IMG/VR virus record: IMGVR_UViG_3300045988_159943
Coordinates: 96,309 to 160,308 of that record
Reading direction: 5' to 3' (one strand)
From: a virus
Length of the DNA: 64,000 nt
How positions within the stretch are numbered: the first letter of the stretch is position 1; every line of letters begins with the position of its first letter. The translations under genes were made by a program, and so were the position numbers. A model generated the notes under the pieces. That model had not been told where the DNA came from. It did no database searches and saw nothing but the letters and a program-made list of their open reading frames with translations. Shown here piece by piece: positions 18,466-28,000 of the stretch.

Positions 18466-18939
18466 ATGTGAAGCTTTAGTTGGTTAAAGGCAGACAACCT
18501 CACACAGATTGCAAACATCGCATATGGGCTTCCATTTAAGTGCCTCATTCCTAAAGAATTTGGTGGTGGCTTTATTAAAGACCACTATCAAGATTGTGGC
18601 TATCTTGGCATAAAGGAAGATGGAAGCCCTAAGTACGATATGTATGAACTTCTGGCATTTTGGAATGCAGATAAGAAAATGCCATTTGAGAGTGACACTG
18701 TAAAAGACCATCTTCAGTGGAATGGAGATTTTCCTTTGTTAAAAGAAATTGATGAGCATACTGATGACAACAGGTCAATTGGAATTGACATTGGCTGTTA
18801 TGATGGTCAGATTGACAGATTGAAGTATCCTCTTAAGCTTGTCTCTACAAGTTATAAAGGAACTTATGAAGAGTGTAAAGGTAGAAGTTATAACGATCCT
18901 GAACAGGGATTTTATCCTGTAAAAAGAAAGGAGAAATAA
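18466..18939 (+). CDS. hypothetical protein with in-frame TGA as codon 2 (ATG-TGA-AGC...)
   Basis: Perfect RBS GAAAGGAGAATAAATATG at 18466 then TGA. Same frame stays open and encodes a coherent 156-aa protein (SFSWLKADNLTQIANIAYGLPFKCLIPKEFGGGFIKDHYQDCGYLG...). Track only calls 18640..18939 from an internal ATG lacking an RBS. Confidence 0.35.
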
Positions 18940-18942
18940 ACA

Positions 18943-19164
18943 ATGAAACATACAACACTTCACAATACTGTGGCCCGTTCCCCTTGTGCATATTGTAGAA
19001 AAAAATGTGTATCTCTTACATGGAAGCAGGTTAAAAGTAAACAGTGTTTAAAGAAAGGATGTTGGTATTTAGTTAAATACGATCATGAAGTGTGGCACCA
19101 GAGAGAACTCACCAAAAAGCGCAAAAAAGAAAAGAAAGACATTGACGAACTGTTTATGTATTAA
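18943..19164 (+). CDS. hypothetical basic Cys-containing protein (73 aa)
   Basis: ORF track; RBS AAAGGAGAAATAAACAATG. Confidence 0.45.
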   Translation: MKHTTLHNTVARSPCAYCRKKCVSLTWKQVKSKQCLKKGCWYLVKYDHEVWHQRELTKKRKKEKKDIDELFMY

Positions 19165-19178
19165 GGAGGAGCTTATAA

Positions 19179-19471
19179 TGAAAAACATTAACAACATCAA
19201 GACTGCACTTGATCTTGACACTATAATTAATGTCATCAACAATGACCCCGAACACATCAGACGGGCTAAAGAAAAGGCAGAGCGTATTAAGAAGCAGAGA
19301 AACGCAGAAATTATCAAATCTGCACAGAAAGCCCAGAGACAAAAGGATATTGAAAAGAAAAAAGCCCAAAGACAGGAAGCAAGGCAGCGTGACATTGACG
19401 ATAAGACAACTCTCGCTGTACTGGTCACTGCAACTACATTCGTATCTCAGATTATTGCTATGATGTTTTAA
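19179..19471 (+). CDS. hypothetical coiled-coil protein (97 aa from MKNINNIK)
   Basis: ORF 19085..19471 trimmed to ATG with AAGGAGGAGCTTATAATG RBS. Minus ORFs 19069..19428, 19154..19369 spurious. Confidence 0.5.
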
Positions 19472-19488
19472 TTGAAAGGGGAATAAAT

Positions 19489-19686
19489 ATGACTAATTTC
19501 GAAAAGCTTTGTCTGTGCATCATTGATACAAATGGTACTCCTAGAGAAGATCATGTTAAGGCATGTGGCTATGGCGATGAAAGCTACCAGCGTATTATTA
19601 GCGGAGAGCTTCCCCCCGAGCGTCTTGTTAAGAACGCAATTCGATGCCTTAAGGAACGTGGGATTCATGTAAAGAATAGAGGTTAA
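19489..19686 (+). CDS. hypothetical protein (65 aa)
   Basis: ORF track; RBS GAAAGGGGAATAAATATG. Confidence 0.45.
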   Translation: MTNFEKLCLCIIDTNGTPREDHVKACGYGDESYQRIISGELPPERLVKNAIRCLKERGIHVKNRG

Positions 19687-19720
19687 TTAAAATGAAGAAG
19701 AGTAAGAAAGGAGAAAAGAA

Positions 19721-20092
19721 ATGAACATGGAAAGAAAATTAGACGCATTAGCACAGGACATCTACGACTGGTGCAAAGCAAATAATCTCTGGGGAGACAA
19801 TTGTATGTATTTCAACGGAATTGCTCTTGCTTCCTGGCCCACATGGGCCGGGAAGGAAGGGGAACCGGTGCTTCCTGAACTGTACCTTTACAGAAATAAG
19901 AATCCCAGAGATTACTTCCCTGGCGGCGAATCTGCATTCAGTATGTCTTTTGAAGGAAGACTGAATCATGTGCTCAATGCATATGTGCCTGGATGGGTAA
20001 AGCTTGAAGGGGAATTTAATAAGTTATTTGAAAAATATGGTTTGGTCTTTGAAATGTACAATAGTTGGAATGGAAATGCTTATGAGATTTAA
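19721..20092 (+). CDS. hypothetical protein (123 aa)
   Basis: ORF track; RBS GAAAGGAGAAAAGAAATG. Confidence 0.5.
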   Translation: MNMERKLDALAQDIYDWCKANNLWGDNCMYFNGIALASWPTWAGKEGEPVLPELYLYRNKNPRDYFPGGESAFSMSFEGRLNHVLNAYVPGWVKLEGEFNKLFEKYGLVFEMYNSWNGNAYEI

Positions 20093-20107
20093 GAAAGGAG
20101 AACTGTA

Positions 20108-20368
20108 ATGGTTGTTGAACGAATTGATGGATGCTTTTATGAAGCAAATTATGTTGATTTTAACGACTTTGAGTATATTGTGTCCGCAGCTAATGTTGCA
20201 GGATATCTTGAAGCAAAAGATGAAATCAATGTTGAAAGTGATATACGGTTGACTGAGTTTATCCTTTCTGAGTATGAACATTGGTTTACAGAAGAATGGA
20301 TGAACTATTCTTTTGACGAATACATTACAAATAAATTAATTGAAGAGTTTGGATTTAAGGAGGATTAA
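20108..20368 (+). CDS. hypothetical protein (86 aa)
   Basis: ORF track; RBS GAAAGGAGAACTGTAATG. Confidence 0.5.
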   Translation: MVVERIDGCFYEANYVDFNDFEYIVSAANVAGYLEAKDEINVESDIRLTEFILSEYEHWFTEEWMNYSFDEYITNKLIEEFGFKED

Positions 20369-20370
20369 TT

Positions 20371-20979
20371 ATGGGGCAGAGATTAGTTATTACAGTTAAA
20401 AACAATGGAGTTGACTTAGCAAAGATTTATTATCACTGGAGCGCTTATAGTATTAGTGCCCTTTGTGAAGCAAGAGATCTTGTAAATTATATCTGTGAAC
20501 ATGAAGATAAAACAGAAAAGGAACTCCAGCTTCGCTTGATCCGTTTCTGTGAGGAGAATGGTGGAGGTATTGACGGAGGCCTGGACAGCAAGGAGTGGAA
20601 ATATATTCAAAATATGTTCCCTAATGCAACTTTCAAATCTGAAGGAATTGACCGTAGCTACGGGCTCATTGCTTTAAGCGAAAAGGGCATGGACGACATT
20701 CAAAACTGGAGCGAGGGAGATGTTAATATTATTCTTGACGAAGATTTAATTCTTAACTATGTATACTTTGGTTATGAAGATATTGAGACTTACAAAGAAT
20801 GTGCGTCTGAATGGGATGATGACCTTGACATAAATATGACAATTGAAGACGTGCCCGATATTGGATGTGATCTATGTGAGATTAGTTTTGATGAAATTGA
20901 TAAGGTGATTAAGAAACTTCATGCAACGGGAGACTACGTTGTAAGAAATGGCAAGAAGGTCTATATGTTAATTGAATAA
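20371..20979 (+). CDS. hypothetical protein (202 aa)
   Basis: ORF track; RBS AAGGAGGATTAATTATG. Confidence 0.5.
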   Translation: MGQRLVITVKNNGVDLAKIYYHWSAYSISALCEARDLVNYICEHEDKTEKELQLRLIRFCEENGGGIDGGLDSKEWKYIQNMFPNATFKSEGIDRSYGLIALSEKGMDDIQNWSEGDVNIILDEDLILNYVYFGYEDIETYKECASEWDDDLDINMTIEDVPDIGCDLCEISFDEIDKVIKKLHATGDYVVRNGKKVYMLIE

Positions 20980-21073
20980 TACAATACGAAATTATTACAC
21001 CGATCTGGGGTGGTATATCCCCGGCAGAAATAAGCCTTGTTAAAAAATTCAAACAAAGTAAAGGAGAGTTATT

Positions 21074-22021
21074 ATGAGTGCAAACGTTGAAAGTATGGTT
21101 TATGTAAGACAGGTTCCGTGGCATGGGCAGGGTGTTATGGTACAGGAAGCCCTCACCAGTGCAGAAGCCCTTCGGATGGCAGGTCTTGATTGGACCGTGG
21201 AACAGACTCCTGTATACACGGAAAGTGGATTACTCATCCCTAATTATAAGGCAAACATTAGAAGTACTGACGGTGCAGCTCTTGGTATTGTCACGGATAG
21301 ATATAAGATCGTTCAGAACACTGAAGCTTTTGAATTCACTGACTCCCTTGTTGGTGAAACGGAAGATGGCGTTGTTAAGTATGAAACCGCAGGCTCTCTT
21401 GATAAGGGAAGAAAGATTTGGTTGCTTGCCAAGATGCCCACGCAGAAAGTACTTGACGACGACATTGAACCTTATCTCTGTTTCACTAACTCTCATGATG
21501 GGAAAGGAAGCGTAAGAGTCTGTATGACTCCCATTAGAGTAGTGTGCGCCAATACATTGTCGCTTGCTCTCTCTACTGCTAAACGTCAGTGGAGTACAAA
21601 GCATGTTGGTAATCTCGAATATAAAATGGAAGAAGCAAAGATGTGCTTAGAGTTAGCATATGATTATATGAATGAACTTGGCATTGCAGCAGATAAGTAT
21701 GCAAATACAACTCTTAAAAGAGAACAGATTGATGAGATTCTTAATGAAATGTTCCCCGTAGATGAAACAACTTCTGAACGTAAAAAGAGTAATATTCAGC
21801 AAGTTAAAGATGAATTTTATATTGCATACTTTATGCCTGATATTTCCAAGTTCCAGGGAACTGCTTGGGGAGCAATTAATGCGATGTCAGATATGGTGGG
21901 TCATAACTCTCCTAGGAGAAATAGCAGTACTTATAACGAAAACCGTTGGGGGAAAATTATTAATGGCCATCCGATGCTTGACCAGTTTGTTGAGCTGGTT
22001 AATGCAAAGATTAGTGTGTAA
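21074..22021 (+). CDS. DUF932-like (phage/plasmid-related) protein (315 aa)
   Basis: ORF track; RBS AAAGGAGAGTTATTATG. N-terminal ...VRQVPWHGQG... recalled as typical of the DUF932/TIGR03299 family (from memory, not searched). Confidence 0.4.
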   Translation: MSANVESMVYVRQVPWHGQGVMVQEALTSAEALRMAGLDWTVEQTPVYTESGLLIPNYKANIRSTDGAALGIVTDRYKIVQNTEAFEFTDSLVGETEDGVVKYETAGSLDKGRKIWLLAKMPTQKVLDDDIEPYLCFTNSHDGKGSVRVCMTPIRVVCANTLSLALSTAKRQWSTKHVGNLEYKMEEAKMCLELAYDYMNELGIAADKYANTTLKREQIDEILNEMFPVDETTSERKKSNIQQVKDEFYIAYFMPDISKFQGTAWGAINAMSDMVGHNSPRRNSSTYNENRWGKIINGHPMLDQFVELVNAKISV

Positions 22022-22028
22022 ATAAAAT

Positions 22029-22048
22029 GGGGGAGGGCACCCTCCCCC
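22029..22048 (+). terminator. GC-rich hairpin (ggggaggg-cac-cctcccc)
   Basis: 8-bp G/C stem after stop of 21074..22021; tail not T-rich. Confidence 0.35.
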
Positions 22049-22074
22049 TACCTATTTAAGAAAGGAAGACAATA

Positions 22075-22395
22075 ATGAAGCTGACAAGAAAACATGCCGA
22101 ACAGATTGCAAAAGATTTTTTAACAACAATGAATCCTACTAGTTGGGATGGAAATGGAACTTCTCCAAAAGAATTTGATAAACGTATAAAAACTTATGAT
22201 TTTGGAAGCCCATTCGTTGTTTTAGACATTAGTTTTGAATATGACGATAATGAAGGTTGGTATCACCTTTGCGAAATTGTCGATAAAGGAACAGCTGAAA
22301 TGTATGAGATGCTCAGTGGATATGGAATTGATTCTTATCTAAACTTAACTGATACCATTTTGGATATTTGTAATACTTATGATTGGTTTATTTAA
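22075..22395 (+). CDS. hypothetical protein (106 aa)
   Basis: ORF track; RBS GAAAGGAAGACAATAATG. Confidence 0.5.
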   Translation: MKLTRKHAEQIAKDFLTTMNPTSWDGNGTSPKEFDKRIKTYDFGSPFVVLDISFEYDDNEGWYHLCEIVDKGTAEMYEMLSGYGIDSYLNLTDTILDICNTYDWFI

Positions 22396-22417
22396 CAAAC
22401 AGAAAGGATGATAATAA

Positions 22418-22702
22418 ATGAAAAATGCCATTGAAATGAAAATTGGAGACAAAAAAATTGTTGCCGAGATTATTTCTTGGAAAAATGGAATTCCCGGAGA
22501 ACTTTATATTTATCTTTGTGATAAAAATGATGTCATTATTCAAGATATCTGTATGGTAAGAGAACATTACTATTACAATCCCCAAACAGAAGAATTTGAA
22601 ACCAATGAAGAGTTTATTGACTGCAATGTGTGGGCAGATTCTGATGATGAAAACTATACAGATGAATTTGTAATCGGAGTATATGATGAGGAGGAAGAAT
22701 AA
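22418..22702 (+). CDS. hypothetical acidic protein (94 aa)
   Basis: ORF track; RBS GAAAGGATGATAATAAATG. Confidence 0.5.
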   Translation: MKNAIEMKIGDKKIVAEIISWKNGIPGELYIYLCDKNDVIIQDICMVREHYYYNPQTEEFETNEEFIDCNVWADSDDENYTDEFVIGVYDEEEE

Positions 22703-22703
22703 T

Positions 22704-22934
22704 ATGTTAAATGCAAAAGAAACATATTACGTTTTAGTAAGACATTTTAACGATTGCTACAAATACTGGTTGCGCCAAGGAAATGGATATAAAAATAGAC
22801 ACGAAGCCTTTAAGTTGGCTTTAGAAGATATTAAGTGTATGAAATATGACCCATTTACTCCATGTGGAGATGAGCTTGATCCAGAAGCTCATGCAAACTT
22901 TATTAAGTATAGAGAAATGGATTTGGGTATCTAA
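22704..22934 (+). CDS. hypothetical protein (76 aa from MLNAKE)
   Basis: ORF 22683..22934 trimmed to ATG after GAGGAGGAAGAATAATATG. Confidence 0.45.
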   Translation: MLNAKETYYVLVRHFNDCYKYWLRQGNGYKNRHEAFKLALEDIKCMKYDPFTPCGDELDPEAHANFIKYREMDLGI

Positions 22935-22951
22935 GAAAGGAGAAATGAACT

Positions 22952-23584
22952 ATGGCAATGAATGGAGCTTTATGGGAAACAAAACATACTGGCAAAATGA
23001 CAGGGATTAATAGCATCAGTACTTCTTGCGCAGATAACCCAAATTGTATTGCAAGAAGAGAAAACGGAGATAGTGTTTGCTCCAAGTGTTATGCTTCTAC
23101 GTACCTTAAAATGCGTAAGAGTTTAAAAGAACATTTGGTAGAAAATTCTAAGATATTATCAACGAGATTGTTGAGTGGTAGAAAAATTCCTGTTACTAAT
23201 GCGCAGATTTTTAGATTTGAATCTTTTGGTGATTTGTATAATGCAATACACTTAAAAAATTATCTCTTGATTTGCGAAAGGAATCCATTTACTCTATTCT
23301 CTCTTTATACAAAAAATATTTGGATTTTAGAGACAGTGTTTGAAAAATATAAATCCAAAAAACCAAACAATTTAAGCATTGTTGTAAGTAGCCCATTGCT
23401 TAATAGGCAAATGACACTCGACAGAGATAGATACTGGTTTATAGACCATATATTTACTGTTTATGATAAAGATTTTATCAAAGATAACAATGTAGATATT
23501 AACTGTGGTGCAAAAAGTTGCCTTGGGTGTCAGATTTGCTACCACAAGAATACGGATTTTTATGTAAATGAAAAGCTAAAATAA
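22952..23584 (+). CDS. hypothetical Cys-containing protein (210 aa)
   Basis: ORF track; RBS GAAAGGAGAAATGAACTATG. Confidence 0.5.
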   Translation: MAMNGALWETKHTGKMTGINSISTSCADNPNCIARRENGDSVCSKCYASTYLKMRKSLKEHLVENSKILSTRLLSGRKIPVTNAQIFRFESFGDLYNAIHLKNYLLICERNPFTLFSLYTKNIWILETVFEKYKSKKPNNLSIVVSSPLLNRQMTLDRDRYWFIDHIFTVYDKDFIKDNNVDINCGAKSCLGCQICYHKNTDFYVNEKLK

Positions 23585-23600
23585 CAGTACAAAATTATTG
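23584..23600 (+). promoter_or_regulatory. conserved leader motif ACAGTACAAAATTATTG
   Basis: Exact 17-mer right after stop codon; followed by extended -10. Confidence 0.5.
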
Positions 23601-23604
23601 CAAC

Positions 23605-23626
23605 TTGACAAAAAATTTGTTATAAT
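23605..23626 (+). promoter_or_regulatory. sigma70-like promoter with extended -10 (TGtTATAAT at 23618-23626); upstream TTGACA too close (10-nt spacer)
   Basis: cttgacaaaaaatttgttataatttc read directly. Confidence 0.45.
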
Positions 23627-23652
23627 TTCTGTGCATAAAACGCTGGAAAGGA

Positions 23653-24552
23653 ATGACAACAATAATGAAGGTTTTAAGTTTATTTGACGGCATATCTTGT
23701 GGAATGGTTGCTCTCGAAAGGGCAGGAATTCAGGTTAATAAATATGTTGCTTATGAAATTGAGCAAAATGCAATTGAAGTAAGTAAGACAAATTATCCTC
23801 AAATTGAACATAAAGGCGATGTATTTAAAGCAAATTATAATGAAGGTGAATTTGACTTACTTATTGGAGGATCACCTTGTACTTATTGGAGTATTGCCAA
23901 AGGTAGTGATGGCCGTGAAACTACTTCTAGTGGTTTTGGTTGGGAGTTGTTTATGCAATACGTTAGAGCATTAAAAGAAGCCAAACCAAAATATTTTTTG
24001 TATGAAAATAATGAAAGTATGTCTGACGATATTAAGGAAGAAATTACAAAACAATTAGGGGTAAAACCTATCATGATTGACAGTGCAGATTTTTCTGCAC
24101 AAACCAGAAAGAGATATTATTGGACTAATATTCCCGTAGATTTTAACTGGATTCCTTCCTCTTTAGTATTCAAAGACATTGAATATGAACACGACTACAG
24201 AATAATCAGTTTTGAAAAATACAAAAATACGCTCAGAGTTAATCAAGAAAACAATTGTTGGGCATGGGATACCAGTGGAAAGGGATATTATTCTCAACAG
24301 TCTAGAGCCAGAAGCAAAGATTTTAAAATGAATACTGTACCTGCTTCGGGGTCTGACAAAAATAATATCTATTTGGGTGATTATACATATCGAAAAATTC
24401 ATCCTATTGAAGCAGAGAGGTTACAAACTTTACCCGACAATTACACAAGTTGCATTAAATCTAAGACAAAAAGAATTGGTTTATGTGGTAATGGCTGGAC
24501 TGTTGATGTTATTGCACATATTTTAAAGGGATTGACAGTACAAAATTATTAA
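23653..24552 (+). CDS. DNA (cytosine-5)-methyltransferase
   Basis: Motif I LFDGISCG (FxGxG), motif IV GGSPCTYWS (PC), motif VI FLYENNESM (ENV-like), C-terminal GNGW-like region; RBS GGAAAGGAATGACAACAATAATG. Confidence 0.8.
   Translation: MTTIMKVLSLFDGISCGMVALERAGIQVNKYVAYEIEQNAIEVSKTNYPQIEHKGDVFKANYNEGEFDLLIGGSPCTYWSIAKGSDGRETTSSGFGWELFMQYVRALKEAKPKYFLYENNESMSDDIKEEITKQLGVKPIMIDSADFSAQTRKRYYWTNIPVDFNWIPSSLVFKDIEYEHDYRIISFEKYKNTLRVNQENNCWAWDTSGKGYYSQQSRARSKDFKMNTVPASGSDKNNIYLGDYTYRKIHPIEAERLQTLPDNYTSCIKSKTKRIGLCGNGWTVDVIAHILKGLTVQNY
24535..24551 (+). promoter_or_regulatory. leader motif ACAGTACAAAATTATTA embedded in last codons of methyltransferase CDS
   Basis: ...GLTVQNY* is encoded by attgACAGTACAAAATTATTAa. 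Confidence 0.45.
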
Positions 24553-24579
24553 TAAGGAGAATATTACAATGGATAAGAA

Positions 24580-24711
24580 CGAAATTATTCAAAAGGCAAT
24601 TAAACATTGCGAAGATTTGATTGAACGCTATGACAACAATAAAAATATTGACGATTTAGATATTTGTTATTTGATTGAGATTCTCAAAGTTCTCAAAGGT
24701 AGAGGATAAAA
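24580..24711 (+). CDS. hypothetical small protein (43 aa)
   Basis: Hand-translated MDKNEIIQKAIKHCEDLIERYDNNKNIDDLDICYLIEILKVLKGRG; RBS AAGGAGAATATTACAATG. Confidence 0.35.
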
Positions 24712-24741
24712 ATATTCAATATTATATATAGGAGAAGCAAT

Positions 24742-25050
24742 ATGAAATTGACAACTTGTTTTGATTCATACCTCATAGACAATGGTTTATGGGTATATAA
24801 ATTTAATGTAGAAAATGTAGACAAAAAATATGTTAAAGAAGCAAAACGAATTGATGGAGATAATTATTGGGATAAGTGTTTTGCTTTGCGAGTTTATTAT
24901 CAAGAGGCACGTGAAGATGAAGAATCTTATTTGGAATGTTCTATTTTATATATAACAGACGATGGTACTGATCTTGAATTTGATTATAATCCGACAAAAG
25001 AGGAAGAAAAATGGTTATATGATTATGTTGGGAAGGAGAGTAAATTATGA
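24742..25050 (+). CDS. hypothetical protein (102 aa)
   Basis: ORF track; RBS TAGGAGAAGCAATATG. Confidence 0.5.
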   Translation: MKLTTCFDSYLIDNGLWVYKFNVENVDKKYVKEAKRIDGDNYWDKCFALRVYYQEAREDEESYLECSILYITDDGTDLEFDYNPTKEEEKWLYDYVGKESKL

Positions 25051-25367
25051 CTTTTGAAGAAATTAACAAAAAATACCCCAAAGACCGTGAAGAAATGAGT
25101 AAAGACGAAGAGAAAGAATTTGTAAATGCTTGTTTTGAAGCATACGAAACAGAAGGTTTTGCAGAAAAGTTTTGGAGCCCATATGAATCACTTGAAGATT
25201 ATGTTGGCAAGCCCTTTGAGGTAATTAAAAGATGTACAGAAGAAAATTATGACTTGGAATGCCTCCCTGCATGGAGAATTGAGTTTGAATGGGAAGAAGG
25301 CATTGACGCATTTCCAGAAGAAATTATTCCAAGTGAAATGAAAGCCAATGGTTGCCCTTGGTTTTAA
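25047..25367 (+). CDS. hypothetical acidic protein (106 aa)
   Basis: ORF track; ATGA start-stop overlap with upstream gene. Confidence 0.5.
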   Translation: MTFEEINKKYPKDREEMSKDEEKEFVNACFEAYETEGFAEKFWSPYESLEDYVGKPFEVIKRCTEENYDLECLPAWRIEFEWEEGIDAFPEEIIPSEMKANGCPWF

Positions 25368-25383
25368 GAAAGGAGATTAAAGA

Positions 25384-25740
25384 ATGATTGAGATTGGGAA
25401 AAAATATTGGTTTTCTTATTGTGTTGAAGATGAAAATGAAACTCAAGACGATATTGAGATTCTTATTTATAACGACGGATTAAATTGTATTGTAATTGGT
25501 GATGCTGGAGAAGGTAAATATGGACATCTTTATGAAGTGGAAAGTGATACAGGAAGTCAGTTTGATGTCTATGAACAAGAACTTAGAGAATTGAGAGTAC
25601 CACATGTAGAAAAGAGTTCTGTGCCTCCTATGTGTAGAGGATGTATTAATGCATGGGCATGTCCATCTCATGAAAAATGTCAAGGATGTTCAAGAATGTA
25701 TACTGATAATTTTGAGAGAGGATTAAAAAATGAAAACTAA
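25384..25740 (+). CDS. hypothetical protein (118 aa)
   Basis: ORF track; RBS GAAAGGAGATTAAAGAATG. Confidence 0.5.
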   Translation: MIEIGKKYWFSYCVEDENETQDDIEILIYNDGLNCIVIGDAGEGKYGHLYEVESDTGSQFDVYEQELRELRVPHVEKSSVPPMCRGCINAWACPSHEKCQGCSRMYTDNFERGLKNEN

Positions 25741-26254
25741 ACGAGGGTTTAAGTTATTTGAATGTGACGAACAGGGCAATCTTTACGCTCTATTCATTGA
25801 TAAAAATACTATTATGCCAACCGAAGCATGGCTAAAGGCAGGTATCCATGAGACAAAGGGATTCTCTCTAAGACCTGGATACCATATAGGGGAAATACCA
25901 TCTGCGCCATGGCTTATGTCTGCTGATGGAACCTATAAAAGCCAACGTCGCAAGAATTGGAGGCGAATTTGGGCAGAGGTAGAATATATTGCAGATTATG
26001 ACTATACAGAAATAGTTAAAAATTTGCCCGGAAAGTGTATGAGAGATAAACTTCCACTTAACGGGTATTATTTTTTCAAGGAAGCAGGAGTAGGACGTAT
26101 TTGGGTTATTGCTGATAAAATGAAAATCACTCATGTGCTTTCGGAAAAAGAAAGAATGGAAGTGTTGAAGCAAATGAGCTACGATGAAGTAAAGGCATTT
26201 GCCCCTTACAAGGCAGCATTTGAAAAACGTAGAAAAGCTTTTCAAAATACTTGA
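25730..26254 (+). CDS. hypothetical protein (174 aa)
   Basis: ORF track; 11-nt overlap with upstream gene. Minus ORF 25868..26467 spurious. Confidence 0.5.
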   Translation: MKTKRGFKLFECDEQGNLYALFIDKNTIMPTEAWLKAGIHETKGFSLRPGYHIGEIPSAPWLMSADGTYKSQRRKNWRRIWAEVEYIADYDYTEIVKNLPGKCMRDKLPLNGYYFFKEAGVGRIWVIADKMKITHVLSEKERMEVLKQMSYDEVKAFAPYKAAFEKRRKAFQNT

Positions 26255-26279
26255 CAATACAAAATTACTGAGGTATACT
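26251..26279 (+). promoter_or_regulatory. sigma70-like promoter TTGACA-17-TATACT with leader-motif variant ACAATACAAAATTACTG (26254-26270) in the spacer
   Basis: cttgacaatacaaaattactgaggtatactataatc read directly. Confidence 0.5.
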
Positions 26280-26324
26280 ATAATCAAATAAGGCAAACAA
26301 ATAAAATATAAAGGGGAGTTTAAT

Positions 26325-26552
26325 ATGAACAACAAAAAAAGAAAAGCAGTTGCAAAAACTTCTGAATTAATCACAATTGCTGTTGAACAATTAAACGACA
26401 TCTTGCAAGAAGAACAAGAAGATTTTGAAAATATGCCTGAAGGATTACAAAATTCTGAAAGAGGCATAGCATCCGAAGAGGCACAAGAATACCTCGAATC
26501 AGCTATTGGATCTTTGGAAGAGGCAATTGAAGCGCTAGGAGAGATTAATTAA
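26325..26552 (+). CDS. hypothetical acidic protein (75 aa)
   Basis: ORF track; RBS AAAGGGGAGTTTAATATG. Confidence 0.45.
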   Translation: MNNKKRKAVAKTSELITIAVEQLNDILQEEQEDFENMPEGLQNSERGIASEEAQEYLESAIGSLEEAIEALGEIN

Positions 26553-26977
26553 TGCAAGAAGGATATTTTGTTTATAACAATATAAAATACCCAACAGGAA
26601 CTGTCGTTGCAATTAAAGAAATTTATCAACATAAAATCCGAATGGCAACATTCATTTACCATGACACCAACAGAGACACTTATGTTTTTAAATATAGAGA
26701 TAATGGCCAACAATGGATTGTGAGTTCAAAAGATTTCTTTAATAATTTACAATATGTTACGGATAAATTTGATTCAAGTGCAAAAATTCCACAAAGAAAA
26801 CAACTAAAAGATAGGCACATCAATTCATTGATAATTGGATGGGTTTGGTACATATTCCTTATGGCTATATTCTCAATTTTCAATGGTAGATTTGCAGCTT
26901 GGATTATATTATCGGTTTGTTTCTTTAAATGGAGAAAAAATAAAATTGAAAAGGAAGGTTATTATGTCGAACGGTAG
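26552..26977 (+). CDS. hypothetical protein with C-terminal TM segment (141 aa)
   Basis: ORF track; TAATG overlap with upstream gene. Confidence 0.5.
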   Translation: MQEGYFVYNNIKYPTGTVVAIKEIYQHKIRMATFIYHDTNRDTYVFKYRDNGQQWIVSSKDFFNNLQYVTDKFDSSAKIPQRKQLKDRHINSLIIGWVWYIFLMAIFSIFNGRFAAWIILSVCFFKWRKNKIEKEGYYVER

Positions 26978-27944
26978 ATATGAAAAAGAATTAAGATTTG
27001 AAAATAGAACGAAGGAAAAATTAAAAACAATGCCACCTATTATAACTGATTATTATTATCACCTTGTTGGTGGAGGTAGTTCTTTTACAACTGTAGACAA
27101 TTATATTAATTATATTAACTCTTTTTTGAAATTTACATTTAAAAGATGTCGTGATGATTTTTACTTAAGTGTAAGACCATTACATATTAATAAATATATT
27201 GCATCTCTTAGAACTAAAGTTGTTAATGGACAAGTGCAAAGAACATCTGATAGTATTAAAGCTCTTCATTGGTCTGCACTCAATTCTTTCTTTCAATTTT
27301 TAGTTCCAGATTACATTAAAGAAAATCCGGTTGCTGCAACAAAACGTCCTCGTATTAAAGATAATCCAAATGTTACCTATTTAACACAAGAAGAAATTGC
27401 AGCAATAATGAATAATGTAAAAGAAAATGCAAATCCTAAAATGAAAAATAGAGATCTATGTATTTTAAAACTTGGATTTAGCACTGGACTTCGTGTTTCT
27501 GCAATTGTACAAATTGATTTAGACGATATTGATCTTGTGCATAACCAAATTCGTGTCACTGAAAAGGGAGACGTTGATCATTATGTTTTAATTGGAGAAA
27601 ATCTCAAAGAACAAATTAAATTATGGATTAAAGATAGAAATGAGTATTTTAGTGATGTAATTACCAATGCATTATTTGTTTCTCAAAAGAAAAGAAGACT
27701 TAGTACTGATTCTATTGGAAAATTAATAGCTAAATATACAGAAAATATTACTGATAAGCATGTTACTCCACACGTAATGAGACATTCTTGCGCAACAAAT
27801 CTTTATTCTCAGACTGGAGACATTTATCTGTGCGCTAGCCAATTAAATCATAAAAATATTGCTACTACACAAAGGTATGCAGAGATTTCTAAGGCAAGAC
27901 AGAAAGAAGCTGCAACATTACTTGATAATTTAATTGACAAATAA
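26964..27944 (+). CDS. tyrosine recombinase / phage integrase family protein (326 aa from MSNGRYEK)
   Basis: ORF 26835..27944 trimmed to ATG after AAAAGGAAGGTTATTATG. C-terminal catalytic signature GLRVSA (R), HVMRHSCAT (HxxR), TQRYAEIS (Tyr). Confidence 0.75.
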   Translation: MSNGRYEKELRFENRTKEKLKTMPPIITDYYYHLVGGGSSFTTVDNYINYINSFLKFTFKRCRDDFYLSVRPLHINKYIASLRTKVVNGQVQRTSDSIKALHWSALNSFFQFLVPDYIKENPVAATKRPRIKDNPNVTYLTQEEIAAIMNNVKENANPKMKNRDLCILKLGFSTGLRVSAIVQIDLDDIDLVHNQIRVTEKGDVDHYVLIGENLKEQIKLWIKDRNEYFSDVITNALFVSQKKRRLSTDSIGKLIAKYTENITDKHVTPHVMRHSCATNLYSQTGDIYLCASQLNHKNIATTQRYAEISKARQKEAATLLDNLIDK

Positions 27945-28000
27945 TAATCTTGTACTGTATTATGGGTATATATAAAAATTACCCCACAAGGAGCGGTCAT

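Noticed and set aside
23605-23610. TTGACA at 23605 as a -35 element
   Set aside because: Only 10 nt from the TATAAT; the extended -10 TGtTATAAT is the more plausible functional element.
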